Assembly (NCBI GenBank): GCA_963575745.1
Contig: CAUYUJ010000191.1
Coordinates: 1-64,000, forward strand
Source of the DNA: Prorocentrum cordatum
Lineage: Eukaryota
Length of the DNA: 64,000 nucleotides
Reading direction: 5' to 3'
Shown here: in pieces, positions 11,136-22,373 of the stretch
Numbering within the stretch: position 1 is the first letter of the stretch
Layout of the letters: the number at the start of each line of letters is the position of its first letter
Position numbers and translations under genes: made by a program
Notes under the pieces: model-generated
Database searches by the model: none
Told to the model about the DNA's origin: nothing
The model's input: only the letters and a program-made list of their open reading frames with translations

Positions 11136-11666
11136 TGTCCCCCCGGTCTTTGGTGAGCCCTGCGAAGGGGCTCCGCGTGTGTTCCCCCCGCTCGTCCATT
11201 TTCCTCCTTCCCTCCGAGGAAACACCGTGTATTTTGTCTTGGTTCGCTGGAGGGTGCGTGGTCATGCATGGCCTTCCATCCCAGGTCGCTCGGCGAGAGC
11301 GATCACATGTACTCTATCTCCGTCTCGCCGGGAGAAACAAAACAACTAGGAGCGGGCCATCCTCAGTTATTTCGGGAAGGCAGAAACCATCGCAGGGCTC
11401 CGCACCGAACTCCAAGCCCCGTTGAAGCAGAACCGCTCGAGCCCGTCCGCAGATGATCAGCTTGCGCACTCCGAACGGAACGGCTCCCAGCACAGATGGA
11501 AGATCTCACTCGAGAGGGACCAACGACCGTGTGGCCTGTCGCACTGGCGCCGCCAGCTCCCGGAAGTCACTGCTGCGCGGCGGCGACGGAGGAGGGAGGG
11601 AGGCATCGAGCAGCGAGCAGACGACAGCGAACGCGCAGAGGCAGGAGGAGCATCGAACAGCAAGAT

Positions 11667-14600
11667 ATCGAAGACGCCTACGGCGAATCACCGCCGCCCC
11701 CTGCCTTTTTGGAAACGCCGATGTGGCCGAAAGTTGGACTAGAGCTTGGCCAAGCTATCGGACCATGAGTTCCCCGAGTCGGTTTGGAAAGCTTTCGGGG
11801 AACACATGGGAGAGAATGATTATGAACAGGAAGAGGAAGAGGAAGAAATAGAGTAGGAGGATGAGGGTTGTTAGGAGTCTCTTGGGGCACCCTTGGGGTC
11901 TGTTGGGAGCTTCTTGGGGGCCTCTTCGAGGCCTCTTGGAGGCATCTTGGGGGCCTCCTTGGGCCTCTTGGGGGCCTTTGGGGGCTTCCTGGGGGTCTCT
12001 TTGGCCGTCTTAGGGCGTTCCTGGTCCGTCTGACGCCGTCTGGAGCCGTCTTGGGGGCCTCTCTGGGCCGTCTTGGGGCCCTCTTGGGGCGCTTCAGGGC
12101 CGTCTTGGAGGCCATGTTGGGCGTCTTGGAGGCCTCTTGGGCCGTCTTGGGGCGCTCTTGGGGCCGTCTTGGGGGGCCCTTGGGCCGTCATAGGGCCTTC
12201 TTGGAGGCCTCTTGGGCGATCTTGGGGGCCTCTTGGGCCGTCGGAAGGCCGAAAAGAGAAAACGCAAAAAACCTTCAAAAACCTAAGGAAAACCAATGAT
12301 TTTGGCCTCTTCGGGCTCTCCTGGAGAACGTCTTGGAGGCCTCTTGGGCCATCTTGGAGGCATCTTGGGGCCATCTTGGCCGTCTTGGAGGGCATCTTGG
12401 GCCGTCTTGGAGGCATCTTGGAGCCATCTTACCCGTCTTGGAGGCCATCTTGGCCGTCTTGGAAGCATCTTGGAGGCCATCTTGGGCCATCTTGGCCGTC
12501 TTGGAGGCCATCTTGGGCCAAGTTGGGGCAACAAAGGCATTGACAGACGGATTTTCGGAAATTTACGGGTGGCCGGCGGGACGGGCCGAAGCCCACTGGG
12601 GAGTTCTTTTAGAAAAAGAACCAAAACCAAAACCTGAATCATCCAGCACGCCGTGCACCCCTGCAAGCAGGGGGCGGCGGATCGAAGACGCCTACGGCGA
12701 ATCACCGCCGCCCCCTGCCTTTTTGGAAACGCCGATGTGGCCGAAAGTTGGACTAGAGCTTGGCCAAGCTATCGGACCATGAGTTCCCCGAGTCGGTTTG
12801 GAAAGCTTTCGGGGAACACATGGGAGAGAATGATTATGAACAGGAAGAGGAAGAGGAAGAAATAGAGTAGGAGGATGAGGGTTGTTAGGAGTCTCTTGGG
12901 GCACCCTTGGGGTCTGTTGGGGGCTTCTTGGGGGCCTCTTCGAGGCCTCTTGGAGGCATCTTGGGGGCCTCCTTGGGCCTCTTGGGGGCCTTTGGGGGCT
13001 TCCTGGGGGTCTCTTTGGCCGTCTTAGGGCGTTCCTGGTCCGTCTGACGCCGTCTGGAGCCGTCTTGGGGGCCTCTCTGGGCCGTCTTGGGGCCCTCTTG
13101 GGGCGCTTCAGGGCCGTCTTGGAGGCCATGTTGGGCGTCTTGGAGGCCTCTTGGGCCGTCTTGGGGCGCTCTTGGGGCCGTCTTGGGGGGCCCTTGGGCC
13201 GTCATAGGGCCTTCTTGGAGGCCTCTTGGGCGATCTTGGGGGCCTCTTGGGCCGTCGGAAGGCCGAAAAGATGAAAACGCAAAAAACCTTCAAAAACCTA
13301 AGGAAAACCAATGATTTTGGCCTCTTCGGGCTCTCCTGGAGAACGTCTTGGAGGCCTCGTGGGCCATCTTGGAGGCATCTTGGGGCCATCTTGGCCGTCT
13401 TGGAGGGCATCTTGGGCCGTCTTGGAGGCATCTTGGAGCCATCTTACCCGTCTTGGAGGCCATCTTGGCCGTCTTGGAAGCATCTTGGAGGCCATCTTGG
13501 GCCATCTTGGCCGTCTTGGAGGCCATCTTGGGCCAAGTTGGGGCAACAAAGGCATTGACAGACGGATTTTCGGAAATTTACGGGTGGCCGGCGGGACGGG
13601 CCGAAGCCCACTGGGGAGTTCTTTTAGAAAAAGAACCAAAACCAAAACCTGAATCATCCAGCACGCCGTGCACCCCTGCAAGCAGGGGGCGGCGGATCGA
13701 AGACGCCTACGGCGAATCACCGCCGCCCCCTGCCTTTTTGGAAACGCCGATGTGGCCGAAAGTTGGACTAGAGCTTGGCCAAGCTATCGGACCATGAGTT
13801 CCCCGAGTCGGTTTGGAAAGCTTTCGGGGAACACATGGGAGAGAATGATTATGAACAGGAAGAGGAAGAGGAAGAAATAGAGTAGGAGGATGAGGGTTGT
13901 TAGGAGTCTCTTGGGGCACCCTTGGGGTCTGTTGGGGGCTTCTTGGGGGCCTCTTCGAGGCCTCTTGGAGGCATCTTGGGGGCCTCCTTGGGCCTCTTGG
14001 GGGCCTTTGGGGGCTTCCTGGGGGTCTCTTTGGCCGTCTTAGGGCGTTCCTGGTCCGTCTGACGCCGTCTGGAGCCGTCTTGGGGGCCTCTCTGGGCCGT
14101 CTTGGGGCCCTCTTGGGGCGCTTCAGGGCCGTCTTGGAGGCCATGTTGGGCGTCTTGGAGGCCTCTTGGGCCGTCTTGGGGCGCTCTTGGGGTCGTCTTG
14201 GGGGGCCCTTGGGCCGTCATAGGGCCTTCTTGGAGGCCTCTTGGGCGATCTTGGGGGCCTCTTGGGCCGTCGGAAGGCCGAACAGAAGAAAACGCAAAAA
14301 AACTTTCAAAAACCTAAGGAAAATCAATGATTTTGGCCTCTTCGGGTCCTCCTGAGGACCTCTTGAGGGGCTCTTGGACTGTGTTGGAGGCCTCTTTGGG
14401 GCCTCTTGGGCCATCTTGGGCCATCTTGAGGCTATCTTAGGCCGTCTTGGGTACATCTTGGGCCGTCTTGGAGGCATCTCAAGGCCATCTTAGCCGTCTT
14501 GGAGACCAGCTTGACCATCTTGGAGGCATCTTGGAGGCCATCTTGGAGCCGTCTGGGGCAGGAAATTGGGGAATTGAGGTCCTGGAAGGGTGGCCGGCGG

Positions 14601-14702
14601 GACGGGCCGAAGCCCACTGGGGAGTTCTTTTAGAAAAAGAACCAAAACCAAAACCTGAAACATCCAGCACGCCGTGCACCCCTGCAAGCAGGGGGCGGCG
14701 GA
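11667..14702. mobile_element. Three head-to-tail copies of a ~1.01-kb non-coding element with 14-bp asymmetric inverted repeats and a TCTTGG-rich interior
   Basis: Units start ATCGAAGACGCCTACGGCG at 11667, 12681 and 13696. CCGCCGCCCCCTGC (11691-11704) is the reverse complement of GCAGGGGGCGGCGG (12667-12680). Confidence 0.9.
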
Positions 14703-15403
14703 CCTAGTGGCCCTCGGCCCATCCCGCCACCGTGCCTGGGTTGTGGCTTAGAGGCCTCTTGGATGTTCGTTTGGGTCTAGTGGGGGAAGGCCTCTCGGGG
14801 GCCTCTTGGATGCAGTTTTGAGGCCTCTTGGGGGCCGTTTGGGGTCCTTTCGGGGCATCTTTTTGGGCCTCGTGGGGCCTTTTGGGGCCTCCTGGGGACC
14901 TCTTGGGGCGGAAGGCTCGAATTGTCGGTTCGCGTTCCCCCTCGTCTTGGGACCCTCTTGGGCGATCTTCTGGGGCCATCTTGGTGCCTCGGAAACCAAA
15001 CGCGAGAACGCGGGGCACATCGAACAACACACGGGAAATCAATGATTGTTTGCCTCTTTGGGCCCTCTTGAGGGTCATCTTGGAGCGCTCTTGGGGCTTC
15101 TTTGGGGCCTCTTGGACCGTCTTGGTGCCATCCCGGGCGTATTGGAGCGCTCTAGGGCTGTCTTGGAGGCCTCTTGGAGGCCTTTTGGGCGCTTCTTGGG
15201 CACCTCTGGGCCCGTCTGGGGGCCCCCTGGCCTTTGGAAAAGTCACGCGAGGCAGCCCAGGAGCGCGCGGGAGCGCCCAGGAAATTTGAGGAATTTTGGG
15301 CCCCAGCCCTTGGAAAACTATATTCCCAGAGTCTTGAGTACAGTGAACAGAGGACACATGAGAGCGGGGGGGCCACTTCGTGCCTCGAGGCACGGTGGCG
15401 GAT
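14703..15403. mobile_element. ~0.7-kb non-coding element with a different 14-bp asymmetric inverted repeat and the same layout
   Basis: CCGCCACCGTGCCT (14724-14737) pairs with AGGCACGGTGGCGG (15388-15401). 3' hairpin CGTGCC-TCGA-GGCACG. TCTTGG-rich interior. Confidence 0.8.
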
Positions 15404-15420
15404 TCGGAAATCATAATTTA

Positions 15421-15554
15421 TCGGAGGTCCGCGCGTATTTCTTGGATCGGCGTTGGGCCCCCCTGTCGGCGCCTCTGGCGCCGCCTCTGGCGCACTCCGC
15501 GCACTAAGGAGGGGGGTTCCAGCGCCGATCCAAGATCTCCGCGCGAACCTCCGA
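15421..15554. mobile_element. MITE-like element (~135 bp, ~32-bp imperfect TIRs)
   Basis: TCGGAGGTCCGCGCGTATTTCTTGGATCGGCG ... CGCCGATCCAAGATCTCCGCGCGAACCTCCGA. Confidence 0.75.
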
Positions 15555-16193
15555 GAAATGGTGTTTATGCCATGTGGTGTTTCTCCAGCAGGGGTGGGAG
15601 AGGAGGAGGAGGAGGGAGAGGGGAGCAACCGCAGGCAGGCGGGCCAGAGCAGGGGCCTGCTCCTCCTTGCCCCCCGCTCGCTGCTCCCTGCTCCCTCTTC
15701 CCCCCTCCTCCTCCTCTCCTCCTCCTCCTCCTCCTCCTCCTCCTCCTCCTCCTCCTTCCCCTCCTCCTCCTTCTCCTCCTCTTTGATTCCTCCTCCCTCC
15801 CTCAGGACGTTTCGGGCCTCGGTTTCTCACTCGGCTGCTGTCCCTCCGCCGTTGTGTGCTCCCTCTGGCCCTCGCTCGCTCGTCCTCGTCGGGCCCTCGT
15901 TCGGTCCTGTGCTGCTGGGAGTTGGCGCTTGACTCCAACCCACGCCCAAACAAAACCCCCTTCCTCAGGACACGACCGCAGGTGGCACCCCCGTGCTGTT
16001 GAGGGCGCAGCTTCGTACACGCGCGCGCGCTCCTCCCTCCCGTCAAGCACCCAGCCGCTGGCGCGCCGCAGGGCCACGTCAGCGAGCTGACGGAGGTACT
16101 CCCCGCACACCGTGCCGCTGCCCCGCGCGCAGCCCCAGACGGAGAGCGCACCCGTCAGCTGCTTCTGGGGCCGCTTCCGCGGCCGACCCCCAG

Positions 16194-16271
16194 GAGCGCC
16201 GCCTCCTGGACAACGGCGGCCTGCGCGAGATGGTCGGCGACAGCCCCGCCCTGGACTCAGCGGAGGAAAAG
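16194..16271 (+). CDS. Candidate micro-exon (ERRLLDNGGLREMVGDSPALDSAEEK), gene unassigned
   Basis: CAG|G acceptor, AAG|GTAACC donor, 78 nt with GC3-rich codons. No recognised homology. Confidence 0.4.
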
Positions 16272-17353
16272 GTAACCGTGCTGCTACCCTTCCCTCTGTG
16301 TCCTCTTTTAGGCGTCCTGGGAGACCCTCGTCGCCACCGCTGGATTCGCCTCGGACTTCCGGTCAGAACGCACCCCAGGAGAGGTCAGGGGAGTAGTGGT
16401 ATCGGTGCCTTTTGGTCTCCCCAGTCCTGGACAGTGTCCATGCGTCGTCCTGAACAGCGCGCCGCAGGTCATTCCCGCGCCCCACGGCGCCCGTCGGGGC
16501 TTGCACGTGCACCATTTCCACGCTTCCCTGCGGTCATGCACCTGAGCCGGTTCGTGGGGGCGGCTCCCTGCGGAGACCACGTCCGCCCTTCGACGACCGC
16601 CAGCACGCATCGATGTTGATCGATGCCAGTGCCGCAGGCGACCTGGCAGCTCCCCCTCGTCACGCATGGTGAGGCAAGCGAACGACGATGGCGTTGGCGC
16701 TCCTCCTTGTCCCGTCAGCGATGCCAGTCGGCACGAGGACCACTCGGCTCCCAGTGCGAGGCGAGTAAAAGACGATGGGGCGGCCCTCTCTCTCGCTCTC
16801 TTTCTCTGATCCGCGGGTTCGAAGCCAGTCTGGATGGCCAGCTACCCTGTCGGCCCCGAGCCCAATGATCTCAGATGGAGCCGCGCCCCTACTGTGCGAC
16901 GCACACGTCGCCACAGCCAGCACCCTCCGGCACGGAAAACGAGGTAGGCTCAGGTTGACGGGTGGCGCGCGCGCGCATTTGCGGCGCCCCACGCCCGGTG
17001 GCCTGGCCCCGTGGGCGGTTCCAGCACGAAGCCGAAGCGGTTCGAGCGGTCCGCGCGGTTTTGCTGCGGGGTCTGAGCGTCTGTGCCAGGCCTCCCGCGG
17101 GCCTTCGGCTCGTCCCCTCGGATCCCTTGCGTCAGCTCGTCGCCTGACCCAGGGGGCCGAGCGGCGGGGCCAGGCCGCGCGAGACCGACCCCGCCACGCC
17201 GACCCGGAGTCCCTGTGCCCAGAGTCCGGGTACCACCTCTGCCAGATGCCCTTGAGCCCGCCGAGCTCCCAGGCGTGCGCGTTCCCCCGGTGCTCGCTGA
17301 GGATGCCGCCCCGGAAAGCAGCCCACATCCTCGACATGGAGGCTCGGCCGCAG

Positions 17354-17415
17354 GAGTGGCGCCAGCGCGCACATCTGTGGAGCCTCCCGCGCTCCGCACG
17401 AGGGCCCTGACCGAG
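17354..17415 (+). CDS. Candidate micro-exon, possibly the centrin N-terminal arm (VAPARTSVEPPALRTRALTE)
   Basis: CAG|G acceptor and GAG|GC donor. Ends in LTE, the motif that precedes EF-hand 1 in centrins. The linking exons were not found. Confidence 0.35.
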
Positions 17416-17572
17416 GCGCTCGCGCAGCGCCGCCTCAACCGCGCCGCCGCGGCCCCGAGGACACATCCAGCGGTGGGATGGACAATGCGACGGCGGAGCT
17501 GGATTGTGAATGTTTCCCTTTTCTCCATTCGAGCCAGAAATCGAAGAAGAAAACACGCCATAAACATAGACT

Positions 17573-17711
17573 TTTGGCGCTTCGCGCGGATTTCTCGGAT
17601 CCGCGCCTGGGGTCCCCCCCGGGCGGCGCCTCCGGCGCCGCCCCTGGCGCGCTCCGTGCGCCAGAGAGGGGGGGCCAGCGCGGATACAAGAAATCCGCGC
17701 GGAGCGCCAAA
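17573..17711. mobile_element. MITE-like element, same family as 15421-15554
   Basis: TTTGGCGCTTCGCGCGGATTTCTCGGATCCGCGC ... GCGCGGATACAAGAAATCCGCGCGGAGCGCCAAA, with shared core GGCGCCTCyGGCGCCGCCyCTGGCGCrCTCCG. Confidence 0.75.
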
Positions 17712-18252
17712 CGTTTAGGTTTACGCCGTTTTTGTTCTTCCAGAAAGGATCTCATTCGAGCCGGAACGCTGCCGACACGAAGGAGGAAAACAAAGCCGAT
17801 GGCGGAGGTGTGCGGACGAGAGAGGTGGAGGGTGGAGGATGGTGGATGATGACGGCGATGCGTGCCAATGATAATGGTGATCACGATTTTGGAGCAACAT
17901 TTGTCAGACTTGTGATTCAGAAGAATTTGGTTTTCAATGCTACCTGATCTGTCCAGCTTACACATCGTTACTGACCAACCATGTTTGTTTGGTAACTTTG
18001 GCCCGATGTTGGCATGTCCGCCCAAAGGGCAACCTATTCTAGATAAAACACGCTACTCGGCATCGCGATGGCAGCCGCATGATCTTTCGCATTACGATAG
18101 CCTGACTTAAACGAGACGCCATTCGGGAAACACATCGGATCGCTGGGAATTCGCTCAAGATCCCTTCCCAGGGTCCATCCTTGCCAGTTTCACGCGCCGC
18201 TTCCAGCCGTGGCGACGCCAGCGCCTCCAAGAGCGCCCACAGACCTCTCAAG

Positions 18253-18334
18253 CGACGACGACGTCATCGACGGTCGTCGCCGCCGCCGCTGCCGCCTCCG
18301 CCGCCTGCGCCGCCGCCGTCGCCGTCGCCGTCGC

Positions 18335-18400
<66 letters not shown>

Positions 18401-18438
18401 GGTGGACGTGGTCGTCGTGGTGGTGGTGGTGGTGGTGA

Positions 18439-18506
<68 letters not shown>

Positions 18507-18545
18507 ATCGCCGTTCGTGATCGTCTTCGTCTTCGTCGTCGCCCG
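18253..18545. repeat. Compound microsatellite (GCC/GTC/GTGGTC/GCCGTC)n
   Basis: Directly visible. Confidence 0.95.
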
Positions 18546-19057
18546 CCTCGCCGCCGAGGCAGCGAGCGCGCGGGCTGCGCTCGCGCGGGCGCGGCGCCGC
18601 CGAGCCGCGCTGGGGTCGCGGCGGCGCGGTCGCGGTCGCCCCGGCGCGTTCGTCTGCGGGGGAAGACGGGCGCCGCCGAGCAAAAGGGGGCGAGGGCGCG
18701 GCGGGGGGGCGGGGAGGGCGGGCGCGCTGCGCACGGCGGGCGCCCGGGCCGCCCGCGGGGAGGACTGGGACTCGTGTGCTCGCAGTCGCGGGCGAGGGGT
18801 CTCTGGGGGCAAGGGGGCCTGCGGGTTGTCGCCGCTTTCGGGCGAGGGCGTGATCACTCGCCCCAGATGCGGGTGTGATGCGCGCAGTGATGCGCGCAGA
18901 CCTCCATGCGCTTGTCGGCCTGCGCGGTCCTAGTCGCTCTACCTCAATGTTCGTTTGTTTCAATCGAAGCGGTCATGCTTTGCAGGAGGAGCTTTGTGTA
19001 CGTGTTGCCGCCTTGGGTTGTGCTCCATTCCAGAGAAAACCTAGCCGCGCGGGTCAA

Positions 19058-20365
19058 TTTCCCAACCCTCCCTTGATTGGGTTCTCGTTCTGAATAGAGC
19101 AGCAGTGGGGTCTCCACCTTCTCCTCCTCGCCCCCCGCCGCTCTCCCCTCGGCCCTCTCCTCTCGCCTGCCTGCGCCTGTCTGCACCTGCCTGCTGGGGG
19201 AGCAAGCTCTGTCCCCCTCGCGCCTGCCTGCTGGAGGAGCCAGCACAGTGGGGTCCCACGCAGATCCAAATGAGACCTCGCCATCCCTGCGGGCTGCGAA
19301 GTGTGAACCTGTCGCCACTTTCGAGGGCTGCTGGGGGGGCCAGCGCAGTGGAGTCCCACGCAGATCCAAGTGAGACCTCGCCATCCCTGCGGGCTGCGAA
19401 GTGTGAACCTGTCGCCACTGTCGAGGGCTGCTGGGGGGGCCAGCGCAGTGGGGTCCCACGCAGATCCAATTAGGACCTCGCCATCCCTGGGGGCTGCGAA
19501 GTGTGAACCTGTCGCCACTGTCGAGGGCTGCTGGGGGGGCCAGCGCAGTGGGGTCCCACGCAGATCCAATTAGGACCTCGCCATCCCTGGGGGCTGCGAA
19601 GTGTGAACCTGTCGCCACTTTCGAGGGCTGCTGGGGGGGCCAGCGCAGTGGGGTCCCACGCAGATCCAATTAGGACCTCGCCATCCCTGGGGGCTGCGAA
19701 GTGTGAAATTGTCGCCACTTTCGAGGGCTGCTGGGTGGGCCAGCGCAGTGGGGTCCCACGCAGATCCAATTAGGACCTCGCCATCCCTGGGGGCTGCGAA
19801 GTGTGAAATTGTCGTCACTTTCGAGGGCTGCTGGGTGGGCCAGCACAGTGGGATCCCACGCAGATCCAATTAGGACCTCGCCATCCCTGGGGCTGCGAAG
19901 TGTGAACCTGTCGCCCCTTTCGAGGGCTGCTGGGGGGGCCAGCGCAGTGGGGTCCCACGCAGATCCAATTAGGACCTCGCCATCCCTGGGGGCTGCGAAG
20001 TGTGAAATTGTCGTCACTTTCGAGGGCTGCTGGGCGGGGCCAGCACAGTGGGATCCCACGCAGATCCAATTAGGACCTCGCCATCCCTGGGGGCTGCGAA
20101 GTGTGAACCTGTCGCCACTTTCGAGGGCTGCTGGGGGGGTCAGCGCAGTGGGGTCCCACGCAGATCCCAACGGGACCTTGCCATCCCTGGCGCAACTTTC
20201 GAGGGCTGCTGGGGGGAGCCAGCGCAGTGGGGTCCCACGCAGATCCAACCGGGACTTCGCCATCCCGGGGGGCTGCGAAGTGTGAAACTGTCATCTTTTT
20301 CGAGGTCTGTTGGGGGGGCTAGCACAGTGGGATCCCACGCAGATCCCAAAAAGACCTCGCCATCA
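19058..20365. repeat. 100-bp tandem array (~11 units) behind a conserved TTTCCCAACCCTCC head
   Basis: CAGCrCAGTGGG at 19441, 19541, 19641, 19741 and 19841. The head at 19058-19105 is homologous to 62725-62770. Confidence 0.93.
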
Positions 20366-21659
20366 TCTCGCAGCTTCTACCGAGGTGATTGTTCTTCCAC
20401 CCCGATGTCTTCCTTTTGCTTCGCATTCCCGGTACAATGCCTCCTGGTGTTTGTACCTCTGTTCTGCGAGTCGGCCACGCACAGTTCGCACGACATGGAT
20501 ATCCGCCGTGCACCGTCTTTTGCAGTGTTGCTGTCGTTGTCGGCACACCTTCTATCATCCCCTGGGTCATGTCATTGGCTATGTGTGGAAAGGTGGGGGT
20601 TCTTGGCCCGCTGACTCTTGTCCGTGTTGCCACTGCTATTCGCTGCCCTCCTGTCCTCCTGGTGCTCACCCTCGGAGGAGGGTGGGGGGGCCGGGCGGGG
20701 CTCCCACCTGTCCTCTCGGGAGCCTCGACACGGGGGTCACTGCAAACGGGGGTCAGCCAGAGCGCCGGATCTTGCAGGATCCTGCAGCGCCAGGAGCGTG
20801 ATGACCCGGGTCAGCGCGCAGGATCTTGCAACATCTTGCAGGATCTGGCAGATCCCGACTTGCCCGGGCCGGTGCATCCCCGGGCCGCGAGGAAGCCTCC
20901 AGAAGCAGGCGGGTCGAGGTTTCTCGGGGCTAGTGGAAGCTCTCGAACCTCGGGCCGTGCTCCCGCTCTGGGAGGCCTGCCCTTCTGGCCCCAGGGGCCG
21001 TGAGGAGGGGGCCAGTCACGCGCAGAGAGGGGGTTAGGGGGGGAGGGGGGGAGGTCTTCTCAGAAGCACCCTGCTTCTTATTCGGCGCGGGCCGTATCTA
21101 TAGATGTAGGGCTGGCGCCTTCTAAGGAGCAGCCTCCTTCTAAGAAGCCTTCCCCCCTCCCTCTACCCCTTCTGCCCCCTGGACAGGCCCGTCCTGAGCC
21201 CAGGAGCTGTGTGCACGCCCTCCTGCCCAAGCCAGGAGGGGCGTGACGCACACGCCGCTGCTGGGCTCAGAGTGGGGCTGGCCAGAGAGCAGTGGACATG
21301 CACAGTTTTCGTCGCCCTACGGAGGTTCGGCCTCCAGAGGCCCCGTTCGGGCCTCTGGAGGCCGAACAATGTTCGGGGATGGAGAGCCAGTCCGTGAAGG
21401 GGTCGAAAGGTCCAGGATCACGCATCGAACGCATCACGATGTTTTTTCTTCGATAAGGCGGACCCGCCCGCTCTGCTGGGCCGCGCCCGCGATAACGGCC
21501 GCCGTTGGGGTCCAGAGGGTGGTTCCAAACCTCTGTCTCCCTCGGGTCTGAAGGGTGTTCGCAACGAAGCGCTTTCGCGACCCTCGTTCTCTGCGATCCC
21601 AGACGCTGTGGTCGCACTCGACTTCTTCCTCTCCCGCTGCTACCCCGCACCCTACTCGT

Positions 21660-22192
21660 ATCTAGCGGCTTTTGACCCATCCCGCCACCAGCCACCGTGC
21701 CTGGGTTGTCGGTCCGAGGCCTCTTGGATGCCTGTTGGGGTCTCTTGGGATGCCTCTCGGAAGCCTCTTATAGGCCTCTTGAGGGGGCTCTTGGGGTCTC
21801 TCGGGGGCCTCTGGGGTTTGGCGCTTCGGGGGGCTCTTGGGGGCATACTGGGGGTCTTGGAGGCAACATGTGGGGAAAAGGCTCCAAAGGGCCCTTCGCT
21901 TTCCCTCTGTTGGGTCCATCTTGATGCGCCTTTGGAGGTATCTTGGGCCGTCTTGGGATCCTCCTGGGGCCTTCTGGGCAGTCTTGGGGCAATCTTTGGG
22001 GCCTCTTTGGTCGCTTTGGAGTGTCGGACGCCCGAAAAAGTGAGAACGCCAAACTTGAGGCGCATCAGTGGTTTTGGCCTCTTGGAGCCCTTTTGGGGCT
22101 CCTTTTGGGGCCCTCTTGGGGCGTCTCGAGGGGCAGAGAGCTCGAAAGGACCCGAGTACGCTTCTTTCAGTGCCTACGCCGCGCTGGCGGAT
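21660..22192. mobile_element. Degenerate TCTTGG-rich element related at its 5' end to 14703-15403
   Basis: CCCATCCCGCCACC(AGCCACC)GTGCCTGGGTTGT at ~21676 matches ~14718. Ends in GGCGGAT at ~22186-22192. Confidence 0.6.
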
Positions 22193-22220
22193 CCCTCTCC
22201 CGCACTCAGAGTGCCTTAAG

Positions 22221-22373
22221 CAGCGTCGGGGGGGGCGTCACCACCGCCGACAGCCCCACATCGACCCCCGTCGCGGGCAGCCACCGCGCGCCGAAGGCGC
22301 TCCGACCCCCGTCGCGGCGCGACGACGAGGCGAGGTTGACCCCCGTCGGGGGGGGGGGTACCCCCCCACGCTG
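22221..22373. mobile_element. MITE-like ~150-bp element; second copy at 37288-37434
   Basis: CAGCGTCGGGGGG ... CCCCCCCACGCTG termini; interior nearly identical to the 37288 copy. Confidence 0.8.

Larger units (their letters stand above)
10721..11353 (+). other. Retroposed full-length mRNA (retrogene) with 9-bp target-site duplication
   Basis: ACTAGGAGC at 10721-10729 and 11345-11353 flanks SL relic + 5'UTR + intronless CDS + 3'UTR + A-rich tail (AAACAAAACA, 11335-11344). Confidence 0.85.

Noticed and set aside
19240..20365. CRISPR-like appearance of the 100-bp array (also the 77-bp and 102-bp arrays)
   Set aside because: Whole units are repeated with no unique spacers, there are no cas genes, and the context is eukaryotic.
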